Of a stretch of 64,000 nucleotides of DNA, positions 48,531-57,134 are shown in pieces. Within the stretch, counting starts at the first letter, position 1. Each line of letters opens with the position of its first letter. The position numbers and the translations under genes are program-made. Origin of the DNA: Verrucomicrobiia bacterium (GTDB lineage Bacteria; Omnitrophota; Omnitrophia; Omnitrophales; Aquincolibacteriaceae). The stretch lies in contig DATJFP010000088.1 in assembly GCA_035495615.1 (NCBI GenBank), forward strand, positions 41,763 to 105,762, read 5' to 3'. A model generated the notes under the pieces. That model worked only from the letters and a program-made list of their open reading frames with translations, was not told the origin of the DNA and did no database searches.

Positions 48531-48704
48531 GAGGATTTGCCGTCCCTATGTTTTGCTGGCCAAATTGACGTGCTAACTTACCGACTACTTAAAAAATTGA
48601 TTTATATTGTTATATTTAAACTATATATCAAAGTTTTTAAACTCACAATAGTATAGACCGAAATAATTGTAAGTTAAATACTTGATAAAAGTTTTTATGA
48701 AGTA

Positions 48705-48733
48705 AGTATAGCCGCCACTTTCTAAATTGTCAA
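48705..48733 (-). promoter_or_regulatory. Candidate sigma70-type promoter for the giant gene
   Basis: The minus strand reads TTGACA (48733-48728), then a 17-nt spacer, then TATACT (48710-48705). It sits in a ~265-bp AT-rich intergenic region, about 175 nt upstream of ATG 48530. Confidence 0.4.
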
Positions 48734-48779
48734 TCGGAACTTTAGGCAGAAAGGGAGTTTAGCCTGGTTTTAAGGAAAG

Positions 48780-48795
48780 CCCCTACAATAAGGGG
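48780..48795 (-). terminator. Short hairpin directly after the stop of the response-regulator gene; weak intrinsic-terminator candidate
   Basis: The minus strand reads AAA-CCCCT-TATTGT-AGGGG-CTTTCCTTAAAA. The stem is 5 bp, the loop 6 nt, and the U-tract is poor. Confidence 0.3.
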
Positions 48796-48796
48796 T

Positions 48797-49228
48797 TTAT
48801 TCTTCGGGATCGTCTTCCGGGGTCTTCTTCGGGGCGAGGTTATCTTCGATGCATTTGACCAGGTCCTTGGTACTGACCGGCTTAGAAAGGGCAGGTTTAA
48901 TGGTAAACGGCCGCCCCCCTACCACTCCGCCGAAGGCTTCGCTTTGCCCCTTGCCCACGGTAGCGGTAAGAAAAACGATGGGGGTGTTATTGATCTTTTC
49001 CGTTTCTCGGATTTCGATGGCCACCTCCGTACCACGCTTGTCCGGCATAATCACGTCCAGAAGAATGAGGTCGGGTTTGAAGTCTTTGGCCGCCTGCAGC
49101 CCCTGGGCGCCTTTGGTCTCCACGCGGACCTCGAACTTTCCGAGGGCTTCCAGGTTTTTTTTGATCATGCTTGCGAATTTTTCTTCATCGTCGATAACAA
49201 GGATTTTTTTCTTTGCCGGGTCTGCCAT
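48797..49228 (-). CDS. Single-domain response regulator (CheY-like receiver)
   Basis: 143 aa. KILVIDDEE...PDLILLDVIMPDKRG...PIVFLTA...IKP gives a canonical acidic pocket, phospho-acceptor Asp, Thr and Lys. AGGAGG lies 4 nt upstream of the ATG. Confidence 0.9.
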   Translation of the reverse strand: MADPAKKKILVIDDEEKFASMIKKNLEALGKFEVRVETKGAQGLQAAKDFKPDLILLDVIMPDKRGTEVAIEIRETEKINNTPIVFLTATVGKGQSEAFGGVVGGRPFTIKPALSKPVSTKDLVKCIEDNLAPKKTPEDDPEE

Positions 49229-49239
49229 GATTCCTCCTG

Positions 49240-50802
49240 TTAAAATTTCAGCGTGACTTTGGCGCCGTTTTTCTTTCGGTTTTCGATTTTTATTTCCCCT
49301 TTGTGCATTTCGACGATGCTTCGAACGACCGAAAGGCCCAAACCGGTGCCGCCGAGTCCGCGGCGCGTCGTAATGAACGGGTCAAAAATCTTGTCTAGAA
49401 TCTCCGCAGGGATGCCCGTTCCTGTATCTTCTATTTCGACCACGACGCGAAATTCTCCAGCAGGAGGATCCAGGCGACGCGTCGTCAAAATAAGGTCGCC
49501 TCCCTGAGGCATCGCGTGAATGGCATTGGAGAACAGGTTAACAAAAACCTGCATCATCCTGTTTTTGTCGAGCGGCAGCGGAGAAACGCCCGAATCGTAT
49601 TTCTTGGAAGTTTGGACTTTATTATTCATCAGCAGGTGCTTGACCAGATTCAGCGATTCATCCATGACTGAATGCAAATCCACGTTTTCCATCATGGGTT
49701 CCACGGGAGCGGCAAAATCCAGGAGACCTTTGATGACAGCGTCGGCCCGGCGCACCGCGTCGATCATGTCCTGCAGGACGCTTGCCTTTTCCTGATCTGC
49801 ATCACCCATCGTCTGCTGTAAATATTCCGCGCCTTGAAGCAGGATCGCCAGGGGGTTTTTGACCTCATGAGCCACGCCCGCGGCTAAGCGGCCCACCGAT
49901 TGCAATTTCTCCGCCTGGATGAGCTGGTCCTGGGTGGAACGCAGACGTTCATTGACCCGTTTCAATTCCATCAGGGCTTCGATGAGCTTCTGCTCGTTCT
50001 TTAATTGCTCCTGAATGGCGTCTTTGAGCTTTTCCTCGACCTTGACCTGGTCCGAGATCTCCCGAAAAAAAAGCATCAGGCCGGCAAGCGTGTTGTTGTC
50101 AAACACCGGATGGACAACGAAGTTCACCGTCAAGGTCCCGCCCTTTTTGTCATAAAAAGAGACCTGATCGGCGGCGCGCAGTTGTCCGTCGCGGAGGGTT
50201 TCCAACATTTCTTTCCCTGGATTCAAAGCCGGCGGTGAAAGGCCTGTATCCGGCATCAGGATCTCCTCGAGGCTGTGGCCGAGAATCTCCTTCACGCTCC
50301 GTCCGAGCATCCGGCACGCAGAAGCATTCGTTTGAACAGCCCTGCCGTTCAGGTCCGTCTCCACGATTCCTTCGGTCACGGCATTCACGATCAAAGCCTT
50401 CCTCAGCTGGCTGCTCAGGAGCGCGATCTGGAGATCTTTCTTGGAAGCGGCATTCTTAAGCCAATGCGCCAGAAGCTCCGCGTCCAGGCTCGCCTTGGGA
50501 AGATAATCGGCAAATCCCATCTGCAGGGCCTGGGCGGCCGCCCGCTCATCATTGTTGCGGATGAGCGCAAGAACAGGGATTTGTTTGGACTCGGAAGAGA
50601 ATTTTTCAACGCGATCGGGACGTCCGGAAAAAAAATCGAAATTGACCAGAATGATGGAAGGCAAAAAACCGCGGATCTTCGACAAGCCCTCTTCGAGGTC
50701 CGCCGCTCTATAAATCTGCAGGCTCGCTATTTTCTGCGATTCCAGCAGCCCTTCCAAAAAGTCGGCATCCTGGGCATTGTTTTCGATGAGAAGGACCTTC
50801 AT
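49240..50802 (-). CDS. Sensor histidine kinase with N-terminal receiver-like domain, PAS-like region, HisKA and HATPase_c
   Basis: 520 aa. H-box: LAAGVAHEVKNPLAIL. ATPase boxes: FVNLFSNAIHAM, EDTGTGIP, GGTGLGLSVVRSIVEMHKG. The N-terminal 120 aa has a receiver-like pattern (VLLIENN...SIILVNFDF...YLPK). Confidence 0.9.
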   Translation of the reverse strand: MKVLLIENNAQDADFLEGLLESQKIASLQIYRAADLEEGLSKIRGFLPSIILVNFDFFSGRPDRVEKFSSESKQIPVLALIRNNDERAAAQALQMGFADYLPKASLDAELLAHWLKNAASKKDLQIALLSSQLRKALIVNAVTEGIVETDLNGRAVQTNASACRMLGRSVKEILGHSLEEILMPDTGLSPPALNPGKEMLETLRDGQLRAADQVSFYDKKGGTLTVNFVVHPVFDNNTLAGLMLFFREISDQVKVEEKLKDAIQEQLKNEQKLIEALMELKRVNERLRSTQDQLIQAEKLQSVGRLAAGVAHEVKNPLAILLQGAEYLQQTMGDADQEKASVLQDMIDAVRRADAVIKGLLDFAAPVEPMMENVDLHSVMDESLNLVKHLLMNNKVQTSKKYDSGVSPLPLDKNRMMQVFVNLFSNAIHAMPQGGDLILTTRRLDPPAGEFRVVVEIEDTGTGIPAEILDKIFDPFITTRRGLGGTGLGLSVVRSIVEMHKGEIKIENRKKNGAKVTLKF

Positions 50803-50877
50803 GACGACACACCGGTCTTCGGGAATAAACCAGATTCAGGAAGGAAATGTTGGGGCGCGGGACGTAGGAAGCGAGGA

Positions 50878-51243
50878 TTACTCTTCCCCAAGATTGCTTC
50901 GCACTTTTTTTAGCAGGTCTTCCGGGCGGTAGGGCTTCACCATGTAGTCCTTGACGCCTTCGAGCTCGAACAGGTCTTTCATCTTATCCTTGGCAGTCAG
51001 GACAATCACGGGAGTCGCCTTGATGGCCTCATTGCGCTTGAGCGTCCTTACGAAAGTGTAGCCGTCCATCTTGGGCATGAGAACATCGACGATGATGAGA
51101 TCGGGATGTTCTTTTTGGACTTGCAGGAGGCCTTCTTCCCCGTCATGAGCCGTCACTACCTGATAGGAACACGCCACCAAACGGTTCTTCAGCAGTTCCA
51201 CGATGTGGGGGTCGTCGTCAATGACTAGGATTTTTTTTGACAT
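50878..51243 (-). CDS. Single-domain response regulator (CheY-like receiver)
   Basis: 121 aa. [15 protein letters not shown]...[16 protein letters not shown]...PVIVLTAK...DYMVKP. Confidence 0.95.
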   Translation of the reverse strand: MSKKILVIDDDPHIVELLKNRLVACSYQVVTAHDGEEGLLQVQKEHPDLIIVDVLMPKMDGYTFVRTLKRNEAIKATPVIVLTAKDKMKDLFELEGVKDYMVKPYRPEDLLKKVRSNLGEE

Positions 51244-51326
51244 TCATCCTCAATGCCTTCGCCGGGAGAGGGCCCGATGTCGGCCCCTAAAATATCGGCC
51301 TCTCTCCAGGGAAAATTAAGCGAAGA

Positions 51327-51402
51327 TGGTGGACCTGAGGAGGATCGAACTCCTGACCTCATCGTTGCGAACGATGCGCTCTCCCAGCTGAGCTACAGGC
51401 CC
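51327..51402 (-). tRNA. tRNA-Ala(CGC): tRNA-Ala, anticodon CGC, with genomically encoded CCA
   Basis: The minus strand reads GGGCCTGTAGCTCAGCTGGGAGAGCGCATCGTTCGCAACGATGAGGTCAGGAGTTCGATCCTCCTCAGGTCCACCA. It folds by hand into a 76-nt cloverleaf with stems of 7, 4, 5 and 5 bp, anticodon loop TTCGCAA, T-loop TTCGATC, and the G3:U70 alanine identity pair. Confidence 0.95.
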
Positions 51403-51411
51403 ATTGAATTT

Positions 51412-52257
51412 TTAGTCCAGACGCGAAAAGGATTCCGACGCGTTAAGAAACTGGCGGAGCACTTCAAAGACCTTTTCCTGGCCTAATTCATTAAAAATTT
51501 CATGATAAAACCCCTCGAAGATTTGCATCTCTTTGTGGGGTGACTTCACTTTGTCAAAGAAAGCCTTCGTTTTTTCCCGGTCCACGACTTTTTCAAGCCC
51601 AGACATCAGGATGTAAACGGGAAAAGGGAAATCAAATGCCGGTTCGGCATCAATTTTGCGGCCATATGTTATCATTTCCGCCAGCAATCGAACAGAAATT
51701 TTTCGCTTAATGAGCGGGTCCTTTTTGTAGGCCTCGATCTCTTCGGGATTATGCGACAAGTGCGGCGGGTAGACGGGATTGGCATACACGAGCCTCGGGT
51801 GAATCCGGTTGAGCATCGCGTTGAATGCGATCAGAAAGGAAGACAGCTTGAGCCCCAGGCACGGTGACGATAAAATCAAGCACGCAATTTCTTCCGGAAA
51901 CCGCTTCGCCCAATGGACCGCGACAAGCCCGCCGAGGCTGTGCCCGAACAGAATGATCTTACCGTTCACACCGTGGCGTTTTCTCAAAAAATCCCGGAAC
52001 GCGGTGAGGTCGTCCACAAACCGGTCGAGCGAATCAATATAAACCTCGCGTCCCCCTGAACGCCCCATACCCCGCGCGTCGTACATGGCCAGGGATATCT
52101 TCTGCGTTTCGAGATGACGGACAAATTTATGATACCGGCCGCAGTGCTCGCCGTGTCCATGGACGATGATCATGGTCCTCTTGGCGTCGGGATTAGCGTA
52201 ATAGCGGTAAAATAATTTTGTCCCGTCCTGCGCTTGAAAAAAATCCTGCTCTTCCAT
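51412..52257 (-). CDS. Alpha/beta hydrolase, lysophospholipase/monoacylglycerol-lipase-like
   Basis: 281 aa. Motifs: [14 protein letters not shown] and the nucleophile elbow LFGHSLGG. Confidence 0.85.
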   Translation of the reverse strand: MEEQDFFQAQDGTKLFYRYYANPDAKRTMIIVHGHGEHCGRYHKFVRHLETQKISLAMYDARGMGRSGGREVYIDSLDRFVDDLTAFRDFLRKRHGVNGKIILFGHSLGGLVAVHWAKRFPEEIACLILSSPCLGLKLSSFLIAFNAMLNRIHPRLVYANPVYPPHLSHNPEEIEAYKKDPLIKRKISVRLLAEMITYGRKIDAEPAFDFPFPVYILMSGLEKVVDREKTKAFFDKVKSPHKEMQIFEGFYHEIFNELGQEKVFEVLRQFLNASESFSRLD

Positions 52258-52267
52258 GCCGCTGCTT

Positions 52268-54073
52268 TCAGGAAACGGTCCTGAAAGACTCTCCTTTTTG
52301 ATACATGGCTTCGACCACCGATTGGAACTTTTCCAAAACCGCCTTCCGTTTGATTTTCAGGGTAGGCGTCAGCTCTCCCCCTTCGACGGTCAGGTCCTTT
52401 TCGAGAAGCGTGAAATATTTGATCTGTTCATACCGCGCGAGATTCGCCGTCTTGGCCTTAATATGCTCCTCGGCCCACTGCAGGATCTGGGGATCTTTGA
52501 GGAGTTCCGCCCACGGCCGCTGCAGTCCCAGAGCGGCGGCATGCCCCTCGAATTCGGTGCGGTTAGGGACGATCAGGGCCACAAGATAGTTCCGCTTGTC
52601 GCCGACCACCACGGCCTGGAGGAAGATGCGGTCTGCGGTCAGTGTGTTTTCGATGTTCTGCGGGGAGATATTCTTCCCGCCCGAGGTTACGATGATGTCT
52701 TTTTTCCGATCTGTGATTTTCAAAAAACCTTCCGCATCGATTTCTCCGATATCTCCGGTACGAAACCAGTCTCCGTCAAACACCTGCCGCGTGGCCTCGG
52801 GATTCTTGTAATAACCTTTCATGACGCACGGTCCCTTGGTGAGGATTTCGCCGTCCTCCGCGATTTTGACTTCCACGTTGGGAAGCGGCTTCCCTACGGT
52901 TCCCAATTTGAGCGCATTGGGACAGTTCACCGCAATGACCGGGGAGGTTTCGGTGAGTCCGTATCCTTCCAAAATAACGACGCCGGCTGCGTAAAAAAAT
53001 TCCGCGAGCTCTTTGGAAAGCGGGGCCCCGCCCGAAATAAAAAACCGGATACGCCCTCCGAGCTTGCCGCGCAGTTTATTGAAAACCAGAAGCGCGGCAA
53101 TGCCTCTTTTGAATTTCAAAGCAGGCGAAGGCTGTTTCTTACGCAGGTTGACGGCTGCGTACTCCCGCCCCGTTTTCACGGCCCAGGCAAACAGAGCTTT
53201 GCGGAGCGGCGAGGCATGCTCGATCTTTTCCATGATACGCGCATGCATTTTTTCGTAGAGGCGCGGGACGCTGGCCGCAATCGTCGGTCGCACTTTCATC
53301 ATGTCGTCGGGAACGCTCTGCATACTTTCCGCGTAGGCAATGGCAGCGCCGTGAAAAATCATGAAATAATAGCCGGCAAGGCGCTCGAAGACGTGGCTCA
53401 AGGGCAGAAAAGAAAGCGCGACATCGTCTTCCCGGACTTCGATGACTTCGCTGGCGCCGAGGTAATTCGCCACGAAATTCCGGTGGGTCAGCATGACTCC
53501 TTTCGGAGGGCCCGTGGTGCCGGAAGTATAGATTAGCGTCGCAAGATCTTCGGGCGACGTCTTGTCTATTTCCTGGCGCACCGTGTCGGGCGAGCGTTTT
53601 TTTTCTTCTTCTCCTTTTTTCAGAAAACCGTCGAATCCGGGCCCGTCGAAGAGGACGAGCATCCGGAGCGCCTGGTAGCCCGACAATGCCTCCTGAATGC
53701 GCGCCTGCTGTTCTTGCGTGGAGACAAACAGGACCTCGATACCGGCATTTTCCAGGATGTAACGGATGTCTTTGCAGGAGGAGGTGGGATAAATGGGAAC
53801 CGTGACGGCTCCAAGCGACAAAATACCGAGATCGGCGACAGTCCATTCAGGCCGGTTTTCGGAAAGGATTCCGACGCGGTCCCCTCGGCGCACGCTGGCC
53901 GCATGAAGCGCGAAGGCCGCCGCCTCGACTTTGGCAGCCCATTCCTTCCAGGTCCAGCCCACGTAATCGCCTGAGGGACGGGTCTTATAGAAGAGCGCTT
54001 TTCTGTCCCGGAACCGGTCCACCCGCGCGAGGTAAAGCTGGACCAGGTTGGATGACAACTCCTGATTGTCCAT
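52268..54073 (-). CDS. Long-chain fatty-acid--CoA ligase (AMP-forming acyl-CoA synthetase)
   Basis: 601 aa. Motifs: IYTSGTTGPPKGVMLTHRNF, EGYGLTETS, WFRTGDIGEIDAEGFLKITDRKKDIIVTSGGKNISPQ. Confidence 0.95.
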   Translation of the reverse strand: MDNQELSSNLVQLYLARVDRFRDRKALFYKTRPSGDYVGWTWKEWAAKVEAAAFALHAASVRRGDRVGILSENRPEWTVADLGILSLGAVTVPIYPTSSCKDIRYILENAGIEVLFVSTQEQQARIQEALSGYQALRMLVLFDGPGFDGFLKKGEEEKKRSPDTVRQEIDKTSPEDLATLIYTSGTTGPPKGVMLTHRNFVANYLGASEVIEVREDDVALSFLPLSHVFERLAGYYFMIFHGAAIAYAESMQSVPDDMMKVRPTIAASVPRLYEKMHARIMEKIEHASPLRKALFAWAVKTGREYAAVNLRKKQPSPALKFKRGIAALLVFNKLRGKLGGRIRFFISGGAPLSKELAEFFYAAGVVILEGYGLTETSPVIAVNCPNALKLGTVGKPLPNVEVKIAEDGEILTKGPCVMKGYYKNPEATRQVFDGDWFRTGDIGEIDAEGFLKITDRKKDIIVTSGGKNISPQNIENTLTADRIFLQAVVVGDKRNYLVALIVPNRTEFEGHAAALGLQRPWAELLKDPQILQWAEEHIKAKTANLARYEQIKYFTLLEKDLTVEGGELTPTLKIKRKAVLEKFQSVVEAMYQKGESFRTVS

Positions 54074-54116
54074 CGGACCTCCGGAAGATACTGTTGCTGG
54101 CCGCGGACTGGCGGGG

Positions 54117-54818
54117 CTAAAGGGGCTGTTCTTGATCCTGAGATTCTTCGGAGGGGCCCTGGTCGAACGAATCGACGGTTGCCTTGTTCTTTTCGGTTTC
54201 TTGTCCGATCAGACGCATTTTTTCCTGCCGCAGAATCTCATCCACATCCTCAGATTTGACCTCACCCGCGTCCTTCTTCTTTTCTTGGATCTCCTCGAGT
54301 AATTTGCGGTGGATCTTAGCCTGGTCTGTTATTTGTTCGATTTGGGCAATTTGCGCTTGGCGGGCTTGCTTGATTTTCTCATTCGCGCGGATGATTTCGC
54401 TGATCTGCTTTTGAATCCGGATCACCTGGAGGTCGCGGAAAACATTGCTTCCCCCTCCCCCTCCTCCCGACGCGGGAGCTGCATTGACGGATGCCGGCGG
54501 AAGAGCGGCCGCTTTCTGCGATTCGGTGACGCCTTTCGGCGCGGCCTTCATTTTATCAGGAGCCGACCGCGGTGCTTCGTCCTCGGCCACGGCATCCGGA
54601 AGTTGGAAATCGTCGGATGTAACCTGCTGTTTCATGTCTTCGGTCGTCATCTCCAAAACATTCGGGCGGGTCAATTCGGCATCATCGGAAGGCATCGAAA
54701 GGCTGCTGGAAGACTGGGACAGGGAATCGGATTTCTGCTTTTCCTGTTTTTTCCCGAAAGTAAAACCCAAACTCAAACACACCGAGAGAGTTACAACAAG
54801 GAACTGCCGGTGAAGCAT
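54117..54818 (-). CDS. Hypothetical secreted protein (signal peptide, acidic/Ser-rich region, Gly6 run, C-terminal coiled coil)
   Basis: 233 aa. N-terminus MLHRQFLVVTLSVCLSLGFTFG. C-terminal heptad-like QKQISEIIRANEKIKQARQAQIAQIEQITDQAKIHRKLLEEIQEKKK. No recognisable family. Confidence 0.55.
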   Translation of the reverse strand: MLHRQFLVVTLSVCLSLGFTFGKKQEKQKSDSLSQSSSSLSMPSDDAELTRPNVLEMTTEDMKQQVTSDDFQLPDAVAEDEAPRSAPDKMKAAPKGVTESQKAAALPPASVNAAPASGGGGGGSNVFRDLQVIRIQKQISEIIRANEKIKQARQAQIAQIEQITDQAKIHRKLLEEIQEKKKDAGEVKSEDVDEILRQEKMRLIGQETEKNKATVDSFDQGPSEESQDQEQPL

Positions 54819-54980
54819 ATTTCCCCTTTCGAGCCTATTCCCCGCGTCATGAAACGGGGGCCGCAGATGTTGCTAAAAGTTATCGGCCTTTTATCTTAAG
54901 GATTAAGAGCTGTGCACTCAAATACTAGCATGGAAACTTAAATTTGTCATCCAACCATCAAAAAGGAGCCAAAACTATCA

Positions 54981-57014
54981 TCATTCAGCCAAAAGTTGTT
55001 TAATTTCATTAATTTGCGCACGCGCCACTTCTTCCCCGGCCTTGATGAATTTCTGAGGATAATAGAACTGGGCCCAGTGAGCATCCGGAACCATGGGATG
55101 CAGGAGGATGTCCGCCTTCTTGCCCCAGACTTCAGCCATCTCGAATTCCATGAATTGGATCGTATTCATGATGACGTTGAAAATGTTATCGGAATAGCGT
55201 TTGTGAAAGCGGTCGACCTGGTTAGTAACCGCTTTGTCCCAGAAATTCTTATTGGCCACCATCTCCATGCGCTTGCGGTACTTTTCCTGCTGAATTTTGT
55301 GCTTTTCCGCCCAATCCATCGGGCTGGGCAGCACGTTCACGCCGATGATTTTTTTGACGCCTAATTTGCTCAAAACGCGCACGGGTAACGGGTCGATCAC
55401 CCCACCGTCGATCAAAAGCTGGCCTTCGTGCTGGAACGGCCTGAAGATGCCGGGAATCGAAACGCTGGCGCGGATCGCATCCGTGACTTTGCCCGCCCGG
55501 AAAATGACTTCTTCAGCCGTAAATAAGTTCGTTGCCGTGACCCGCAGCGGAATTTTGAGGTCCTGAAACGTCTTGTCGCCCAGATAGGGCGCCAAAAAAT
55601 GGTGCAGCTTCTGTCCTTTGAAAAAGCCATGATGAGCGATCGACAAATCCGCAAACCCGAAGATTTTGAAAAAGGCCGTTTTCTTGTCGATGCCGAAAGC
55701 AAATTCTTCGAGCTGATCCGCATTGTATCCGGCCGCCCAGATCGCACCGACAAGCGCGCCGATGCTCGATCCCGCCACCACGTCGATTTGAATGTTCTCC
55801 TGTTCGAGCACGCGCAAGACTCCGATATGCGCCAGACCGTAGGCCGCGCCGCTTCCCAGGGCCAGCCCGGTCAGATTGCCAGAAAGCTCCTTGGCGAGAT
55901 AACGCAGATTGGCATCATAACGGTCGGCTTGACGATGGCGGTCCGGCACCAGAGAAAAAATGCGCTGCCCCAGAAGTCTTTCCTTTTCTTCAAAAGTAAT
56001 TTCCCTGTTTCCGTTGTCATCTTCGGGAACCAGAACCTTGATTTCGCTGCGGCTGAATCCGAAGGCCTTTTCGAATTCCCCCACGAGCCGGGAAGTTTCC
56101 ACGAGGTCCTGAACTTCCGGCCTTGAATAAAGGTAGATCTCGTCGGATTGTTTGAGCGCGCGGAAAGAAAGGTGCGTGTTGTCCCAGGGAAGCTGCAGCA
56201 ATAGATGGTCATAGCGCGCAGTGAGCGAGCTGAGAAGCGCGGAAAGCCTTTTCTCCTCCCGGTCTCCCGCATTTTCAAAGCCGACATGCAGGTAGTGAAA
56301 TCCGGACGGATGCGGGATCAGAAAATTCCGGAGGTCCGATTCCCGGGAAGGCTCCATCGTAGAGAGCTGATAGGCCGGAATGTTTCCCTTTTTCAGCTGT
56401 TCCGAAACTAAGGGAGAAACCGGCGAAACAAAATCGATGAGCACCACGTCGCCGCGGCCCACCTCCATGAGATTGCGGGCAAAGTCAAACCACAGATGGC
56501 CGTCCTGGGAATTCCTGCCTTTCGCATAAAGCGCGGAAATTTTGACTTCGCGCCGTCGAGTTCCCCCCGCGCTCATGGTCAGACGATGTCCCAAAGACCG
56601 GTTGAGATGCAGCGAAATCGCGGGCATTTCGTTGACCAGCCTGAGAAAGTCTTTTTTTTCCAGCTTGAGGATCAGACCGTCGCTTTTGGCTTCGACAGTG
56701 GCGCTGTGCGGACGCCCGGTCAGAAGCGAGGTTTCTCCGAAGTGGTCCCCGCGGTAAAAATTGAGGAGCGTCTGTTCGGGACGGTCGCCCCTGGGGCGGT
56801 TGAAAAGACGAAACCGGCCGGCGCTCACAACATAGAAGGCATCCGCTTCGGTTCCCTCTTCATAAACGATATCGCCCCTCTTGTATTCCAGAAGGCGCGC
56901 TTTTTTTTCGATGATTTTTTGTTCTGCTGGTGTGAGGGACGAAAAGATGGGGATATCCTCTAAGGAAATCTCCAGCCCAATGTCCATTTTGCGCCCGAAT
57001 TGAAAAAATCCCAT
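54981..57014 (-). CDS. Cyclic-nucleotide-binding domain fused to a patatin-like phospholipase
   Basis: 677 aa. cNMP-binding motif: FGETSLLTGRPHSATVEA. Patatin motifs: GSGAAYGLAHIGVL, the GxSxG nucleophile AGSSIGA, and DGGVIDPLPV. Confidence 0.9.
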   Translation of the reverse strand: MGFFQFGRKMDIGLEISLEDIPIFSSLTPAEQKIIEKKARLLEYKRGDIVYEEGTEADAFYVVSAGRFRLFNRPRGDRPEQTLLNFYRGDHFGETSLLTGRPHSATVEAKSDGLILKLEKKDFLRLVNEMPAISLHLNRSLGHRLTMSAGGTRRREVKISALYAKGRNSQDGHLWFDFARNLMEVGRGDVVLIDFVSPVSPLVSEQLKKGNIPAYQLSTMEPSRESDLRNFLIPHPSGFHYLHVGFENAGDREEKRLSALLSSLTARYDHLLLQLPWDNTHLSFRALKQSDEIYLYSRPEVQDLVETSRLVGEFEKAFGFSRSEIKVLVPEDDNGNREITFEEKERLLGQRIFSLVPDRHRQADRYDANLRYLAKELSGNLTGLALGSGAAYGLAHIGVLRVLEQENIQIDVVAGSSIGALVGAIWAAGYNADQLEEFAFGIDKKTAFFKIFGFADLSIAHHGFFKGQKLHHFLAPYLGDKTFQDLKIPLRVTATNLFTAEEVIFRAGKVTDAIRASVSIPGIFRPFQHEGQLLIDGGVIDPLPVRVLSKLGVKKIIGVNVLPSPMDWAEKHKIQQEKYRKRMEMVANKNFWDKAVTNQVDRFHKRYSDNIFNVIMNTIQFMEFEMAEVWGKKADILLHPMVPDAHWAQFYYPQKFIKAGEEVARAQINEIKQLLAE

Positions 57015-57134
57015 AGGCCTCTATTATCGGCTGTTAAGAGGATTGGATTGAACGCCAATGAGGAAGATAGCCGCGGGGAAGACGGGACCCAAGGATGAGT
57101 CCGGAATGGTACGGGATCTAAGGCAAGCGGAATC

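Noticed and set aside
1-48530. The idea that the real minus-strand gene is missing from the track because of an alternative genetic code or recoded stops.
   Set aside because: No recoding is needed. The frame contains no standard stops at any place I translated, and the absence of any listed ORF fragments in that frame argues for zero stops. The flanking genes translate normally with the standard code.
165-48656. Fourteen long plus-strand ORFs from the track: 165-5825, 5910-9569, 9579-10898, 10920-12101, 12279-16085, 16347-20132, 21558-25697, 26676-29789, 29934-34340, 34569-37733, 37779-41495, 41511-43790, 44676-47228 and 47745-48656. They run up to 1886 aa.
   Set aside because: All start at coordinates divisible by 3, exactly codon-aligned antisense to the minus-strand giant ORF. 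Their translations are Arg/Ala/Gly/Val/His/Phe-rich with no recognisable motif, signal or TM logic. Their stops fall where the sense strand uses rare TTA, CTA or TCA codons; for example, plus tga at 5823-5825 equals a sense TCA Ser. They are classic shadow ORFs of a GC-rich gene.
48797-51402. A tRNA-targeted genomic island: the GC-rich giant gene lies 2.8 kb from tRNA-Ala.
   Set aside because: No integrase, transposase, or direct repeat of the tRNA 3' end was seen. Ordinary-composition two-component genes sit between the tRNA and the giant gene, and the GC step lies inside the gene at about 47 kb, not at the tRNA.
51253-51486. A plus-strand 77-aa ORF.
   Set aside because: It overlaps the minus-strand tRNA-Ala and the 3' end of the hydrolase gene, and it has no motif.
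52256-53536. A plus-strand 426-aa ORF, together with other plus or off-frame ORFs at 48.8-64 kb such as 50275-50913, 54309-54899, 59702-60307, 61951-62661, 62501-63448 and 53139-53846.
   Set aside because: They are antisense or out of frame to well-supported minus-strand genes (acyl-CoA ligase, HK, GNAT, GH1, LepB) and give no recognisable protein features.
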